Made by a program: the position numbers and the translations under genes | Origin: Escherichia phage LF82-41 | Sequence record: PV660463 | DNA length: 64,000 nucleotides | Reading direction: 5' to 3' (one strand) | The notes under the pieces: model-generated | Database searches by the model: none | The model's input: the letters and a program-made list of their open reading frames with translations, nothing else | What the model was told of the DNA's origin: nothing | Shown here: piece by piece, positions 18,941 through 27,880 of the stretch | Position numbering within the stretch: the first letter of the stretch is position 1 | Layout of the letters: each line of letters opens with the position of its first letter

Positions 18941-19549
18941 TCAGTAACTGACAATAGACAGATTCCAGATTGTATAACGTCCATCCTGAATAATAGAATC
19001 TACACGCAGTGTAGTCCCTATAGGGAGCATAAATTCACATTCGTCAGATATAAGTCTAGCATTAGACCGTCTTGTCGCTTCAGGAAAAGCTCCATTGAAC
19101 TCACAAGATGGCGCAGCCAGAATCATGTTAAGCATATGTTCACGGAAGTTGAAAGCAAATGGTGCATCTTTGATGCAGAACATATTAAATGTTCCGTAAA
19201 AATTATACGAAGCAAAGTTACGTGCTACACCGAACACTGGACTAAAGCTCATTACTCTATCAAATTTAATAATACTACCAATACCTTTATCATCGAGTGC
19301 GGCCATAGTTTTCTTAGAGATTCCACGATACATTGTCTCAGGAACAGAAGACGTCCAATTTCTACGAACGATTGAACTTAACTCCTGTTGAATACAGTCT
19401 GGCTTGTTTTCCATACACTGCCAAAGGATGCTTTGTTCAATGTCGCTGAATTGACTATCAATTTCGTACTGCAATACATCTTGATATTCGGGGTTTTGAG
19501 CACGACGAACCATTTCTTCAATTTCACACTCGTTATACGGCATAAACAT
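18941..19549 (-). CDS. modA: ADP-ribosyltransferase ModA-like
   Basis: 202 aa; paralogous to 19607..20188; T4 modA/modB tandem arrangement after srd. Confidence 0.55.
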   Translation of the reverse strand: MFMPYNECEIEEMVRRAQNPEYQDVLQYEIDSQFSDIEQSILWQCMENKPDCIQQELSSIVRRNWTSSVPETMYRGISKKTMAALDDKGIGSIIKFDRVMSFSPVFGVARNFASYNFYGTFNMFCIKDAPFAFNFREHMLNMILAAPSCEFNGAFPEATRRSNARLISDECEFMLPIGTTLRVDSIIQDGRYTIWNLSIVSY

Positions 19550-19606
19550 TTAGGTTTCTCCTGTGGTTGATAAAGGTATAGTATCATCATCGGAAGAGTT
19601 TGTACA

Positions 19607-20188
19607 CTAAAAATTCAACATTTTTAAATGAATGATTTTGTATAGTCGAGATAAAGGGTCATATTCTAAGTCTTCAATTTCCACAATCTCAAATCTAGAG
19701 ATACCTGAGACCATGTATTCTTGTTCAGATTCAATCATATCTAGGACGTCAACACGCGTTTCTTCCATAACATGCTTAGGATTCTTTCCGGCAAGTACAA
19801 TGTTAACCATGTTTTGGTAGTAATCAAAAATGAATGGAGCATTCCTGAGACTAAGAATAGTGTACGTCTGATATTCCCATCTCCCGGAGAATTGACGAGC
19901 TGTACCGAAATCAGTTGTGAACGATGTTACTCGTCCAGGAGACCATTGGCATCCAACAGAAAGAAGGGAAAGACGTTCTACTTCTTCTGGAGTTACACCA
20001 CGGTAGAGTTCTACTGGTACTGTAGAAGTCATATGCTTACGAACAAGATGGTCTAATTCATAGTGGAAATCCGGGTCTTCCTTAGAATCGGTGCAAGCCC
20101 AGAGAATGTTTTGTTCTTGGCGGGTGAATTTACTATCAATCAGATTTGTTAGGTATTCGCGTTCTTGAAGTTCAGATTGACATGTCAT
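19607..20188 (-). CDS. modB: ADP-ribosyltransferase ModB-like
   Basis: 193 aa; shared blocks ILW.C, TS.VP...YRG with the modA-like ORF. Confidence 0.55.
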   Translation of the reverse strand: MTCQSELQEREYLTNLIDSKFTRQEQNILWACTDSKEDPDFHYELDHLVRKHMTSTVPVELYRGVTPEEVERLSLLSVGCQWSPGRVTSFTTDFGTARQFSGRWEYQTYTILSLRNAPFIFDYYQNMVNIVLAGKNPKHVMEETRVDVLDMIESEQEYMVSGISRFEIVEIEDLEYDPLSRLYKIIHLKMLNF

Positions 20189-20404
20189 GATAGACCTCCA
20201 TTTAAAGATAAGCCTATCATAACACGAGAGGAGGGAATGTAAACTACTTTTTAAGCTTTCCTACTAAAGGACCATCTGGGCCAGGTTGTTCTAACATGAA
20301 TAAGGACGCTTTAAAAAGCAATGTCAACCCTTTCACCATTCGATACCATGTCTCAAAGTCTTTTTCCTTGATTTCTAGTAAGAATTTCTCTTTCAATTTA
20401 TCTT

Positions 20405-20593
20405 TCATTTCCAAGGACTCCATGGTGGAGGGTCGTCATAATAAGAGGCAAGGTCTTTCAGGGCTTCGACAGGTAAACTAAAGCCGTGTCGTTGTATAAT
20501 ACTATCTAGTTCATCAACAAGTTCACTACGATGCACTTTAGGAGCCTCAACTTCAGGCTCGTCAAACATACTCATAAGGTCCATATTATTCAC
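20405..20593 (-). CDS. hypothetical protein (62 aa)
   Basis: ORF track. Confidence 0.4.
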   Translation of the reverse strand: MNNMDLMSMFDEPEVEAPKVHRSELVDELDSIIQRHGFSLPVEALKDLASYYDDPPPWSPWK

Positions 20594-21050
20594 CGAGATA
20601 AAAACTAACAGGTTCAGAGAATGTTTCTAGCGCTACACCTTTTGTCTTAAAAAATTTCCAAATAGCTCGTTGCAAATGGACTAAATCTGCTAATGATGTA
20701 ATAAAGTATTTTTTGGCAAAATACTTATGGTCCCGCTTTTCAAACAGGTCTAAACGCTTTTCAGGATTCACATAAACAGCATTTTCTGTAGATTCGTACC
20801 CTAAATCCTTTATGCCTTCTTCAAGACTAAACGGAGAATTTTTAGAACGAGTAATAGCTCCAACTCGCTCTACACGAATTTTGTAACCTTTAGGAATCTG
20901 CAATTTGCAGAATTCTTCTACGATATATTGCGGATTATTTAGACTTTTGTTAATGAGAATAACTATTTCTAGTGGAGTCTTATCTTCCACTGGTATATGT
21001 TTAAATGACTTGGCTTCAAGCAAATACATTTTAAATAGCATAGCATCCAT
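20586..21050 (-). CDS. hypothetical protein (154 aa)
   Basis: ORF track. Confidence 0.5.
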   Translation of the reverse strand: MDAMLFKMYLLEAKSFKHIPVEDKTPLEIVILINKSLNNPQYIVEEFCKLQIPKGYKIRVERVGAITRSKNSPFSLEEGIKDLGYESTENAVYVNPEKRLDLFEKRDHKYFAKKYFITSLADLVHLQRAIWKFFKTKGVALETFSEPVSFYLGE

Positions 21051-21256
21051 TATAATTTCCTCGATGGTTCACCCATATAAAGTTTTACAATACGTTCGCC
21101 TTCATCTTCGACGAGCTTTTCTTCATGTTTCTGGAATTCTTTAGCCATATTCTCTTCAAGAACATCCAGCCAATCTTCTGGACCGACACCATCGTCCCAG
21201 CTTTTAAACCATTTAACTATCTTGTTCATTCGCAGCTCCCTGAGCTTGAACCACAA
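21050..21256 (-). CDS. hypothetical protein (68 aa)
   Basis: ORF track; abuts upstream ORF. Confidence 0.45.
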   Translation of the reverse strand: MWFKLRELRMNKIVKWFKSWDDGVGPEDWLDVLEENMAKEFQKHEEKLVEDEGERIVKLYMGEPSRKL

Positions 21257-21537
21257 TCAGAATAACTTGACCCGGAATCACCAGACCAAGACGATACGTA
21301 TGAATGATTATAACTTGATGAGTTTGAAGCAGACTTAGGACGAACAACTTCTTCCATCATGCCGTCACCGATATATTCCCAACCTTTTTCGTGTGTATCA
21401 GGAATAGGCATCATACCTTCGCCTGGTTTAACAGCAAAAAACTTCTTCAGCATCGTAAGCATTAATTGTTCCTCGAACAAAACGAACACCACCATCATCC
21501 CAACGGATTTCGGCATTAAATTTGACGTCTTCACCAT
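21226..21537 (-). CDS. hypothetical Ser/Cys-rich protein (start uncertain, probably internal Met)
   Basis: ORF track; C-terminal SGDSGSSYSDCGSSSGSCE. Confidence 0.35.
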   Translation of the reverse strand: MVKTSNLMPKSVGMMVVFVLFEEQLMLTMLKKFFAVKPGEGMMPIPDTHEKGWEYIGDGMMEEVVRPKSASNSSSYNHSYVSSWSGDSGSSYSDCGSSSGSCE

Positions 21538-21655
21538 CCATCATGAATGAGTGTACGACTACATCATCGTAATATCCAAGACCGTATTTCAACGAAACTT
21601 CTTGAGCAATCAAAGCACCTAATGTGTTATTAGGTTTAATCCAACGATTTAACAT
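21428..21655 (-). CDS. hypothetical protein (about 75 aa; start at Met with AGAGGAG RBS)
   Basis: Strong RBS before Met at 21655. Confidence 0.45.
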   Translation of the reverse strand: MLNRWIKPNNTLGALIAQEVSLKYGLGYYDDVVVHSFMMDGEDVKFNAEIRWDDGGVRFVRGTINAYDAEEVFCC

Positions 21656-21722
21656 ATTGTTCTCCTCTTGAGTAAGTAAGAATATCTTAACACAGTTTTT
21701 ATTGGTTGTAAACTGTAGAAAC

Positions 21723-21748
21723 AAAAAAAAGGAATCCCGAAGGATTCC
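21723..21748 (-). terminator. rho-independent terminator after soc
   Basis: GGAATCC-cgaa-GGATTCC hairpin (21731-21748) followed by 8-nt T-run on minus strand. Confidence 0.6.
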
Positions 21749-21757
21749 TTAAATTAT

Positions 21758-21994
21758 TTAACCACTTACTGGTGTAGGGGTAAACATTGCAGCGTTCTTA
21801 GTTTTCCAAGTTGCTGCATCAGAAACGACATCAGAATAAGCTGCCTTTTCTGATGGAAAGATTTGGTAATGGGAATCTGCAATCCGATGTTCGTTTGAAT
21901 AAATCTCAAACGGCACAGAAACTTCCATACCTTTAACTTCTTTGCCTTCACCAGCAGGATGCGTAAAGGTTTTGATGTTTACATAACCACCCAT
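21758..21994 (-). CDS. soc: small outer capsid protein Soc
   Basis: 78 aa; GYVNIKTF...HYQ.FPSEKAAYS matches remembered T4 Soc. Confidence 0.8.
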   Translation of the reverse strand: MGGYVNIKTFTHPAGEGKEVKGMEVSVPFEIYSNEHRIADSHYQIFPSEKAAYSDVVSDAATWKTKNAAMFTPTPVSG

Positions 21995-21996
21995 AA

Positions 21997-22317
21997 TTAA
22001 CTCCTTTGTTGTTTAATTACAGGTGTATTTATAATGAATTTCTTCGGGACAATAAAATATCCGAATTTAGCTAATATAACAACATCACCGTTAATTATTA
22101 CCGGAGAATAATCATCTGGAGTATTAAATTTCCAGTGGAGTCTAGTATTATATCCATCAGAGCCGAATGCTTTATTAGCCGGTCTCCCGGCTTTTTGCCA
22201 TGCATAAAAATCAAGTTTCATTTGCAACCCAATCAACCATATGTAGATGGTCTGATAATTGACTAACATGCTGAAGCTGATTAGACAGGAGCTTACAAAT
22301 AAGCTCACTGTTATCAT
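21997..22317 (-). CDS. hypothetical protein (start uncertain)
   Basis: ORF track; contains soc late promoter in its 3' part. Confidence 0.35.
   Translation of the reverse strand: MITVSLFVSSCLISFSMLVNYQTIYIWLIGLQMKLDFYAWQKAGRPANKAFGSDGYNTRLHWKFNTPDDYSPVIINGDVVILAKFGYFIVPKKFIINTPVIKQQRS
22027..22034 (-). promoter_or_regulatory. late promoter TATAAATA upstream of soc
   Basis: minus-strand TATAAATA about 30 nt upstream of soc ATG. Confidence 0.5.
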
Positions 22318-22383
22318 TTTTAAATAGCTGGTTAATACGTTTCTTGTGGGCTTTCTTAAGCTGGCGTTTATTTAAACGAGCCA

Positions 22384-22905
22384 TTAATAACCTCGGTCTT
22401 GACGTGCGAAGTTTTCAGCATTTTTCAGGTAATACAGTTTAAAGATTTCTTCTGCAGTAAGTCCAAGGCCTTGGAACATATTCAGAACAAAGTGGAGGAT
22501 ATCAATCATCTCAAATTTAATTTCAAGCTGGTCTTCAGGAGACAGTTCATCGATACGACGATTTCGATATTCAGCATGGTGTGCTTTCCATGGCTTCCAT
22601 ACAGAGCTAGCGGCTTTTTCACCGTTGGACATACCACCAAGTGAAGTCAGCAGTTCACGGAATTCATCATCAATATAATCTTTCTGATTACGCAGCCAAT
22701 CAACAACATCACCGGCAGTAGCCAATTCATCAGGATGTTTGTTATGTTCAGGCTTGTCATTTGCCAGACGAACCTGTAAAGATTTCTGCATATCAAGCAT
22801 TACCTGCAGTGGGTCTTTATCTTCGTGAATCAGAGCATTAAAATAAGCTTCTTCTGCTTTATCAACACCAGAAATAAGTTGTGAACATTCGTTAAAGTGT
22901 GCCAT
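22384..22905 (-). CDS. 56: dCTP pyrophosphatase (dCTPase, MazG-like)
   Basis: about 173 aa from Met at 22905; T4 gp56 size and position between soc and 61. Confidence 0.8.
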   Translation of the reverse strand: MAHFNECSQLISGVDKAEEAYFNALIHEDKDPLQVMLDMQKSLQVRLANDKPEHNKHPDELATAGDVVDWLRNQKDYIDDEFRELLTSLGGMSNGEKAASSVWKPWKAHHAEYRNRRIDELSPEDQLEIKFEMIDILHFVLNMFQGLGLTAEEIFKLYYLKNAENFARQDRGY

Positions 22906-22993
22906 TATTTTTCCTTTCAATTCAGTATAAGAGAGTTAATTCTAACATTAATTTTATAAAGCGTAATAAATAATAGGTAACTAAGGAGATATT

Positions 22994-23191
22994 ATGTTTA
23001 AACTTCCATCGTTAATCAACGCTATTAAAGGCAATAAAAAGAAAACTGCTATCGCTGCAATAGTTGTAGGTGGCATTATTTCATGGAACTTCGGGATTGC
23101 ACCATTGTTAGTTGCTAATGGTATTATAGTTCCTTCTGTTCCATTGGATACTGTAGTTGATTTGGCCTTTGCTATTATAGGGCTTGTTTAA
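22994..23191 (+). CDS. small hydrophobic protein on plus strand (65 aa)
   Basis: AAGGAG RBS 5 nt before ATG; hydrophobic IAAIVVGGIISWNFGIAPLLVANGIIV; sits in the 61-56 intergenic gap. Confidence 0.4.
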   Translation: MFKLPSLINAIKGNKKKTAIAAIVVGGIISWNFGIAPLLVANGIIVPSVPLDTVVDLAFAIIGLV

Positions 23192-24210
23192 ATCTTCGAA
23201 TAACGAGATAATCTCATTTTAGCATGCAACCCACTTGAAATATTCTGTTTCATATATTCTAAAATTTCTTGTGGTGTTGCATTTTCTTTCATTACCATAT
23301 CATTCACATCCTTTGATCTCCATGGACTTCGGTCCCAGAACATGACACGTTCGCCTGCATCAACTAATCGCTTCATGCGAGCTATAGTATCCGGATGCCT
23401 AGGTTCATTATCCATTACCCATACCCGACGTTCTTTAAATGGTACCACATCTAAATCTATTGAGCCGCCTGTAATAGCGATTGCATTGGGTATGAATAAA
23501 CTATCAATAGGGCCTTCCATTACCCAGACGTCCCCTTCCTTAACACGTTCAACACCATAAATTTTTGTTGCAGACTCAAACGCTTTAATAGTGATATATT
23601 TCTGAGGAGCATCTTTACGAAGTGCACGTCCTTGGAATGACTCGGCCTTCCCATCTTTATTAAAAATAGGAATCACTAAACGCGGTTCAGGAATCTCTTT
23701 CTTATACGTACCAGGTTGAATCTTGTTGACCAATTTAGGCCATTCTAATGTGAACCATAATCTGTTCCATGATTCTTTAGGAATACACCGAGACTTAACA
23801 TATTTCACAATAGGATGCTCTTCAGGCAGCTTGTCCAGACGAGAACAAGACGGCAAAGAATTTATAGTCTTTTTCTCTGGGGCAGGCTTAGCTTCAGGAA
23901 CCTTTTCAATCTTTGGTTCCATTCTAGCTTTTTCTTTACGAACTTCCATTAGATATTCGCGATAAAGCTCTTCATCATACTCTTTTAAGTATCCGGAAAT
24001 TGTATTATGATATTGACAGTTATAGCAATGCACATTACCTGGAGTACCGCCATAATACCATCCACGAGCTTTCATTGCATCTGTCTGGGAGTCGCCACAA
24101 ACTGGACATCGAAATGTTAATTTAAATGTGCTTGAATTATTGATTTGTCTAAAACGAGGTAGGTGAGAAAACGCACGATAAGCAAATTCATTATCTATCC
24201 ATTCAGCCAT
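23188..24210 (-). CDS. 61: DNA primase
   Basis: 340 aa; N-terminal zinc ribbon CPVCGDS...CYNC; T4 gp61 size and synteny. Confidence 0.9.
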   Translation of the reverse strand: MAEWIDNEFAYRAFSHLPRFRQINNSSTFKLTFRCPVCGDSQTDAMKARGWYYGGTPGNVHCYNCQYHNTISGYLKEYDEELYREYLMEVRKEKARMEPKIEKVPEAKPAPEKKTINSLPSCSRLDKLPEEHPIVKYVKSRCIPKESWNRLWFTLEWPKLVNKIQPGTYKKEIPEPRLVIPIFNKDGKAESFQGRALRKDAPQKYITIKAFESATKIYGVERVKEGDVWVMEGPIDSLFIPNAIAITGGSIDLDVVPFKERRVWVMDNEPRHPDTIARMKRLVDAGERVMFWDRSPWRSKDVNDMVMKENATPQEILEYMKQNISSGLHAKMRLSRYSKI

Positions 24211-24249
24211 AGTATTCTCCAGAGGCCTTAAATTAATAAGGCCATCATA

Positions 24250-24744
24250 TCACAACTTATTAATATTTACTTTAATTCGCTTTCTTTTCTTGGAAGGAAT
24301 TTGTTCTGGACCTTTATTTACGACTGCACCTGTAGTTGTTCCTGATGCAATAGCTTGAGGGCTGCCACCTGAATCACCAGCAACCATATCCTCAAATAAA
24401 GGGAGTTCTTTAAATATTTCTTTCTGCTGTTCTTCCGTAATGTTATAGCGGGATGCTACGGCACTCCAGGCAGACATCATTGAGGCCATTCCATTAAGAC
24501 CTGGAACAGTGCTCATCATTCGCTTCATTGAACGAACTGAAGCATGAAAAGGTGTATAAGCCGCTTTCTCTTCTGGAGTAGAAGGACGTTTAAGAACACT
24601 TCCACGTTCATCGATGATTTTGGCTTCGTATGCTTTCCATTCGGTAAAAGGTTTTTGCATTAGTCGAATAAACTTATATGCATAAACTGAATCTATTGCA
24701 GTGTTAATAATACCCATAGGTACCTCCTGAGTATATTTAATCAA
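24250..24744 (-). CDS. hypothetical protein (164 aa)
   Basis: ORF track. Confidence 0.5.
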   Translation of the reverse strand: MIKYTQEVPMGIINTAIDSVYAYKFIRLMQKPFTEWKAYEAKIIDERGSVLKRPSTPEEKAAYTPFHASVRSMKRMMSTVPGLNGMASMMSAWSAVASRYNITEEQQKEIFKELPLFEDMVAGDSGGSPQAIASGTTTGAVVNKGPEQIPSKKRKRIKVNINKL

Positions 24745-24934
24745 TCACAAAGATCGCTTTATCACCGTTTGCATCTGTGACTTCATATGTAGTGTCTTCA
24801 TAGTGTGGAATATTCCAAATTACACCATCATTAGCTTTTACGCTAATATGGCATTGGTGTTTTGAAACAACTTCATAATCTTCAAAACTTGTAAAAACAC
24901 TAATTTTAGAACCAGTGCAAATTGCAGTAGTCAT
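24737..24934 (-). CDS. hypothetical protein (65 aa)
   Basis: ORF track. Confidence 0.45.
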   Translation of the reverse strand: MTTAICTGSKISVFTSFEDYEVVSKHQCHISVKANDGVIWNIPHYEDTTYEVTDANGDKAIFVID

Positions 24935-24935
24935 T

Positions 24936-25595
24936 TTAACCTCGATTCATAAATGCATTAAATATTTGGTCATCAACAGAAATTTCTAATTCGACTTCAA
25001 TTGTTTCAGCCTTTTCTTCAGGTGGTAATTCGTATCCACACACTACAATTTTTTCATCGATATCAAAATATACAGAAGCAATACGGTTAATGTTACTTTC
25101 AGTTAAGTCTAAATCAACATCAACATCTTTTTGACCTACACTTAAAGGATAACTAATACGGGTTATTTTATTATCTTTAACAAAGAGTCCACCAACATAC
25201 TCTGTACTACGTTTGAAGTTTACACGTTTCCGAATTGAAAGATATGATACATCTTTACCGTGAGCTCGGCTCATAGGACATAATGAATAACTAGAATAAG
25301 AGATATCAAATCCTACGCCTTCAACATGTGCCAGAGTATCATGAGTAAACCAATTATAGTCGTATGCCAAATCCATTAAATTATAATATGTGAACGGAAC
25401 TGGATTAACGTCATACGTTGTACCTTTAAAATCTGCCCAGGCAACGATTTCGTTATCTTTAACAATTACAAAAATTACACCAATATGGTATCCGTTATTA
25501 TTTTCATTCGGCGTTATATTATAACATTGTGCATTAGGAAATTTACCATATTTAAATGGCGCATTTTTGTGCATATAATAAATCATATTATTCAC
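24936..25595 (-). CDS. hypothetical protein (219 aa)
   Basis: ORF track. Confidence 0.5.
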   Translation of the reverse strand: MNNMIYYMHKNAPFKYGKFPNAQCYNITPNENNNGYHIGVIFVIVKDNEIVAWADFKGTTYDVNPVPFTYYNLMDLAYDYNWFTHDTLAHVEGVGFDISYSSYSLCPMSRAHGKDVSYLSIRKRVNFKRSTEYVGGLFVKDNKITRISYPLSVGQKDVDVDLDLTESNINRIASVYFDIDEKIVVCGYELPPEEKAETIEVELEISVDDQIFNAFMNRG

Positions 25596-25881
25596 CTGTG
25601 ATTTCGGTTACGATATCTTTGTTATCGAAATTAGGGTCACAATACAAAACATAGTTGTACTGCATGATACCGCCAGACTTAAGTTGTTCAACAACTTTAT
25701 TAACCATATTAGGACGGTCTCGTTTAGTGATGTTCATGATATCAGAGAAGATTTGTTGTTCAACATCTTCTTGATTTGCAGTCATTGACCACTCACAGAG
25801 GTCTTTATCATAACCTGCTGTAACTGGAGCTGGTGCACATGATACTGCGAGTAAGATTGCTGCCAATGATAACTTTTTCAT
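25588..25881 (-). CDS. secreted protein with signal peptide, possible spackle (Sp)
   Basis: 97 aa; N-terminal MKKLSLAAILLAVSCAPAPVTA; size equals T4 Sp; located between 61 and 41. Confidence 0.45.
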   Translation of the reverse strand: MKKLSLAAILLAVSCAPAPVTAGYDKDLCEWSMTANQEDVEQQIFSDIMNITKRDRPNMVNKVVEQLKSGGIMQYNYVLYCDPNFDNKDIVTEITGE

Positions 25882-25944
25882 TTTAACTCCTTAGTTGATT
25901 TGATAGGACTACTATACTATAGTCCATCTATAATGTAAACAAGT

Positions 25945-26193
25945 TTATTCTTTTTCGCGAATAATAATTACTTGATGAGGCTGCTGAGCAGATTTCTTTT
26001 CGGCAACGATAGACCAAATTAAAGTTCCAATCCAACCAACCATCGTCCAGTTAAAGAGTAAAGATACAAAGAAGATTGCTGTTGTGCTTTTTGTGTCACG
26101 AATAAGTGCGATTACCCAAGGCAACATGTAAATGATGATTGAACCAATACCTGCGATTAAAACTGCTACTGAACTAGCCACGAATAATTCCAT
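25945..26193 (-). CDS. small integral membrane protein (82 aa)
   Basis: Two hydrophobic segments. Confidence 0.5.
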   Translation of the reverse strand: MELFVASSVAVLIAGIGSIIIYMLPWVIALIRDTKSTTAIFFVSLLFNWTMVGWIGTLIWSIVAEKKSAQQPHQVIIIREKE

Positions 26194-26254
26194 GTTAATT
26201 TCCTCTTGATTTGTTATGTTTATAGTATCTTGTTTTAACTTCGGTGTAAACCAA

Positions 26255-26623
26255 TTAATTAAATTTGTTTAAACGTTCAATACACTGGACGTAGTTATTC
26301 GCGATTTGTTTCTGGGTAGGCTCTTTACCAGTTGTTTCAACATAGCGAATAAATGCGATTTCAGTAGCCTGTAGACAATGTTCTTTAACGCGTTGTTCTT
26401 TTGACATAGCTACAGTATCAGAGTCACGATAACGTTGAGCATGAGCATCAGCTTGAATCATTCGATTACCTACAGTAACCGGGTCTTCCACTTCAACTTT
26501 AGGTTGGTTATACTGTTTAACATTCGGGTTATAAATCAATTGGCCAACGTTATTAGGGATAAAGCCATGAGCACCACATCCGGTTAATCCAAATACCATT
26601 GCTAAAGCGATTAATTTTTTCAT
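26255..26623 (-). CDS. lipoprotein (start at Met with lipobox LTGC)
   Basis: MKKLIALAMVFGLTGC signal peptide and lipobox; track N-terminal extension is read-through of promoter element. Confidence 0.55.
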   Translation of the reverse strand: MKKLIALAMVFGLTGCGAHGFIPNNVGQLIYNPNVKQYNQPKVEVEDPVTVGNRMIQADAHAQRYRDSDTVAMSKEQRVKEHCLQATEIAFIRYVETTGKEPTQKQIANNYVQCIERLNKFN

Positions 26624-26649
26624 TTCAATTTCCTCTATAGTTGATAGGT

Positions 26650-26681
26650 CTATAGTATCACTACCATAGACCCCTGTAAAC
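26650..26681 (-). promoter_or_regulatory. early-type promoter, family 1
   Basis: GTTTAC (26676-26681) - N18 - TACTAT + AGACCTATC. Confidence 0.45.
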
Positions 26682-26693
26682 AATTATTTTATT

Positions 26694-26897
26694 TTATTCC
26701 TCGTCTTCATGCTCGTAAGCATGTTCTTCAGATTCACGGTCGCAGTCTAAACAAGTCGCATTATCATATGCATCGAAAACAGCTTCGTCTTCATAGACGC
26801 TACAACCACACACTACACATTCTACTTCTTCCATTTTAGATTTCCTCTTTACGCCAATCGGATTCAAAAACTTTCTTATCATCAACAAATGCTTCAA
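26694..26897 (-). CDS. acidic Cys-rich small protein (67 aa)
   Basis: CVVCGC...CLDC pattern. Confidence 0.45.
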   Translation of the reverse strand: MKHLLMIRKFLNPIGVKRKSKMEEVECVVCGCSVYEDEAVFDAYDNATCLDCDRESEEHAYEHEDEE

Positions 26898-27039
26898 CTA
26901 AAGCTTTATTTACTTCAGCAAATTGAGAAGTGGCCCGTAGGATTTGGTCTTTATCAGACACGTCCATGGTAACTTCTTTGGTAAACATATTCCCATTTTC
27001 AAACCAACCAATAAACAACACTTTAGCCATATTTTTCAT
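26836..27039 (-). CDS. dmd: Dmd-like protein (discriminator of mRNA degradation)
   Basis: VLFIGWFENGNMFTKEVTM...AEVNKALVEAFVDDKKV matches remembered T4 Dmd; GAGGA RBS. Confidence 0.6.
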   Translation of the reverse strand: MKNMAKVLFIGWFENGNMFTKEVTMDVSDKDQILRATSQFAEVNKALVEAFVDDKKVFESDWRKEEI

Positions 27040-27040
27040 T

Positions 27041-27358
27041 TTAGATTTCCTCACAGAAGGCCCATTCAGCGTGATAAACTGTAGCACCTTTAGTATCATT
27101 CATTTGAACTACGTCTACCGGAGAAATTACTCGATAGAGACGTGGTTCACCTCCATAAGAGCGTGCTGCTCGTCCTGCATAAATCTTTGCTAAACCGATA
27201 TCTTCAGTAAAGAATACACGATCCAAGTTTTTCTTACGTCCAGTTTCAGACAGAACTCCTGTTTCTTCAGGAGGACAAAGCATGTTTTCGATGTTAGCTG
27301 AACTACTTGAACCGTGATAAAAAATCTTAAATTCTGCTTTACAATCGATGGTTTTCAT
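27041..27358 (-). CDS. hypothetical protein (105 aa)
   Basis: ORF track; family-1 promoter upstream. Confidence 0.5.
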   Translation of the reverse strand: MKTIDCKAEFKIFYHGSSSSANIENMLCPPEETGVLSETGRKKNLDRVFFTEDIGLAKIYAGRAARSYGGEPRLYRVISPVDVVQMNDTKGATVYHAEWAFCEEI

Positions 27359-27382
27359 TTTGTTCTCCAGTAGTTGATAGGT

Positions 27383-27413
27383 CTATAATAACACAACTAC
27401 TGGAGAAGTAAAC
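27383..27413 (-). promoter_or_regulatory. early-type promoter, family 1, flanked by 12-bp inverted repeat
   Basis: GTTTAC (27408-27413) - N17 - TATTAT (27385-27390); CTCCAGTAGTTG / CAACTACTGGAG arms flank. Confidence 0.45.
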
Positions 27414-27788
27414 TTAAAAACGTAATTTAGATATATCTGCGTTGATTTCGTTTTGGTTTGCGTCGTATGCAATTAAACGAACCGCTTTAGATGGGTCATT
27501 CAATGCATAGAAATGATGGAACATTGCTCGAACGATATCACCATTTACGAGTTCTACCTGGATAGGAGAACCTTTTTCGAGTTGGAAATGTTCATAAGCT
27601 TTGATGGTTCGTAGATAATCAAGTTTTTGATTTCCAGCTCCAACTATTTGTACGATACGTTTGCCCATGTTTTCCATACGAGATACAATAGTTTTAGGAG
27701 CAAGAATAACGTAGGTTGCCAGCGGAGAAACTACTTCAACAGTTGTGTTTTCGGTGATTGCAGTAAAAATTGCTTGAGACATATTCAT
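27414..27788 (-). CDS. hypothetical protein (124 aa)
   Basis: ORF track. Confidence 0.5.
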   Translation of the reverse strand: MNMSQAIFTAITENTTVEVVSPLATYVILAPKTIVSRMENMGKRIVQIVGAGNQKLDYLRTIKAYEHFQLEKGSPIQVELVNGDIVRAMFHHFYALNDPSKAVRLIAYDANQNEINADISKLRF

Positions 27789-27852
27789 AATGTTTTCCTC
27801 TTGGTTGGTGTAAGTTCATCATATCATGCCTAGAGGAAGATGTAAACCCCGA

Positions 27853-27880
27853 AAGGAGACCGAAGTCTCCTTTTTATTAA
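27853..27880. terminator. stem-loop with T-run (orientation ambiguous)
   Basis: AAAGGAGAC-cgaa-GTCTCCTTT then TTTTTATT on plus strand; lies just downstream of gene 41 stop. Confidence 0.4.

Noticed and set aside
21766-21951. Alternative-frame 61-aa ORF within soc
   Set aside because: Soc frame matches the remembered T4 protein; the overlapping frame is spurious
26623-26683. N-terminal extension of lipoprotein ORF (MFTGVYGSDTIDLS...)
   Set aside because: This is translation of the family-1 promoter element; the same peptide-like string recurs at other promoter copies (for example 13584-13629)
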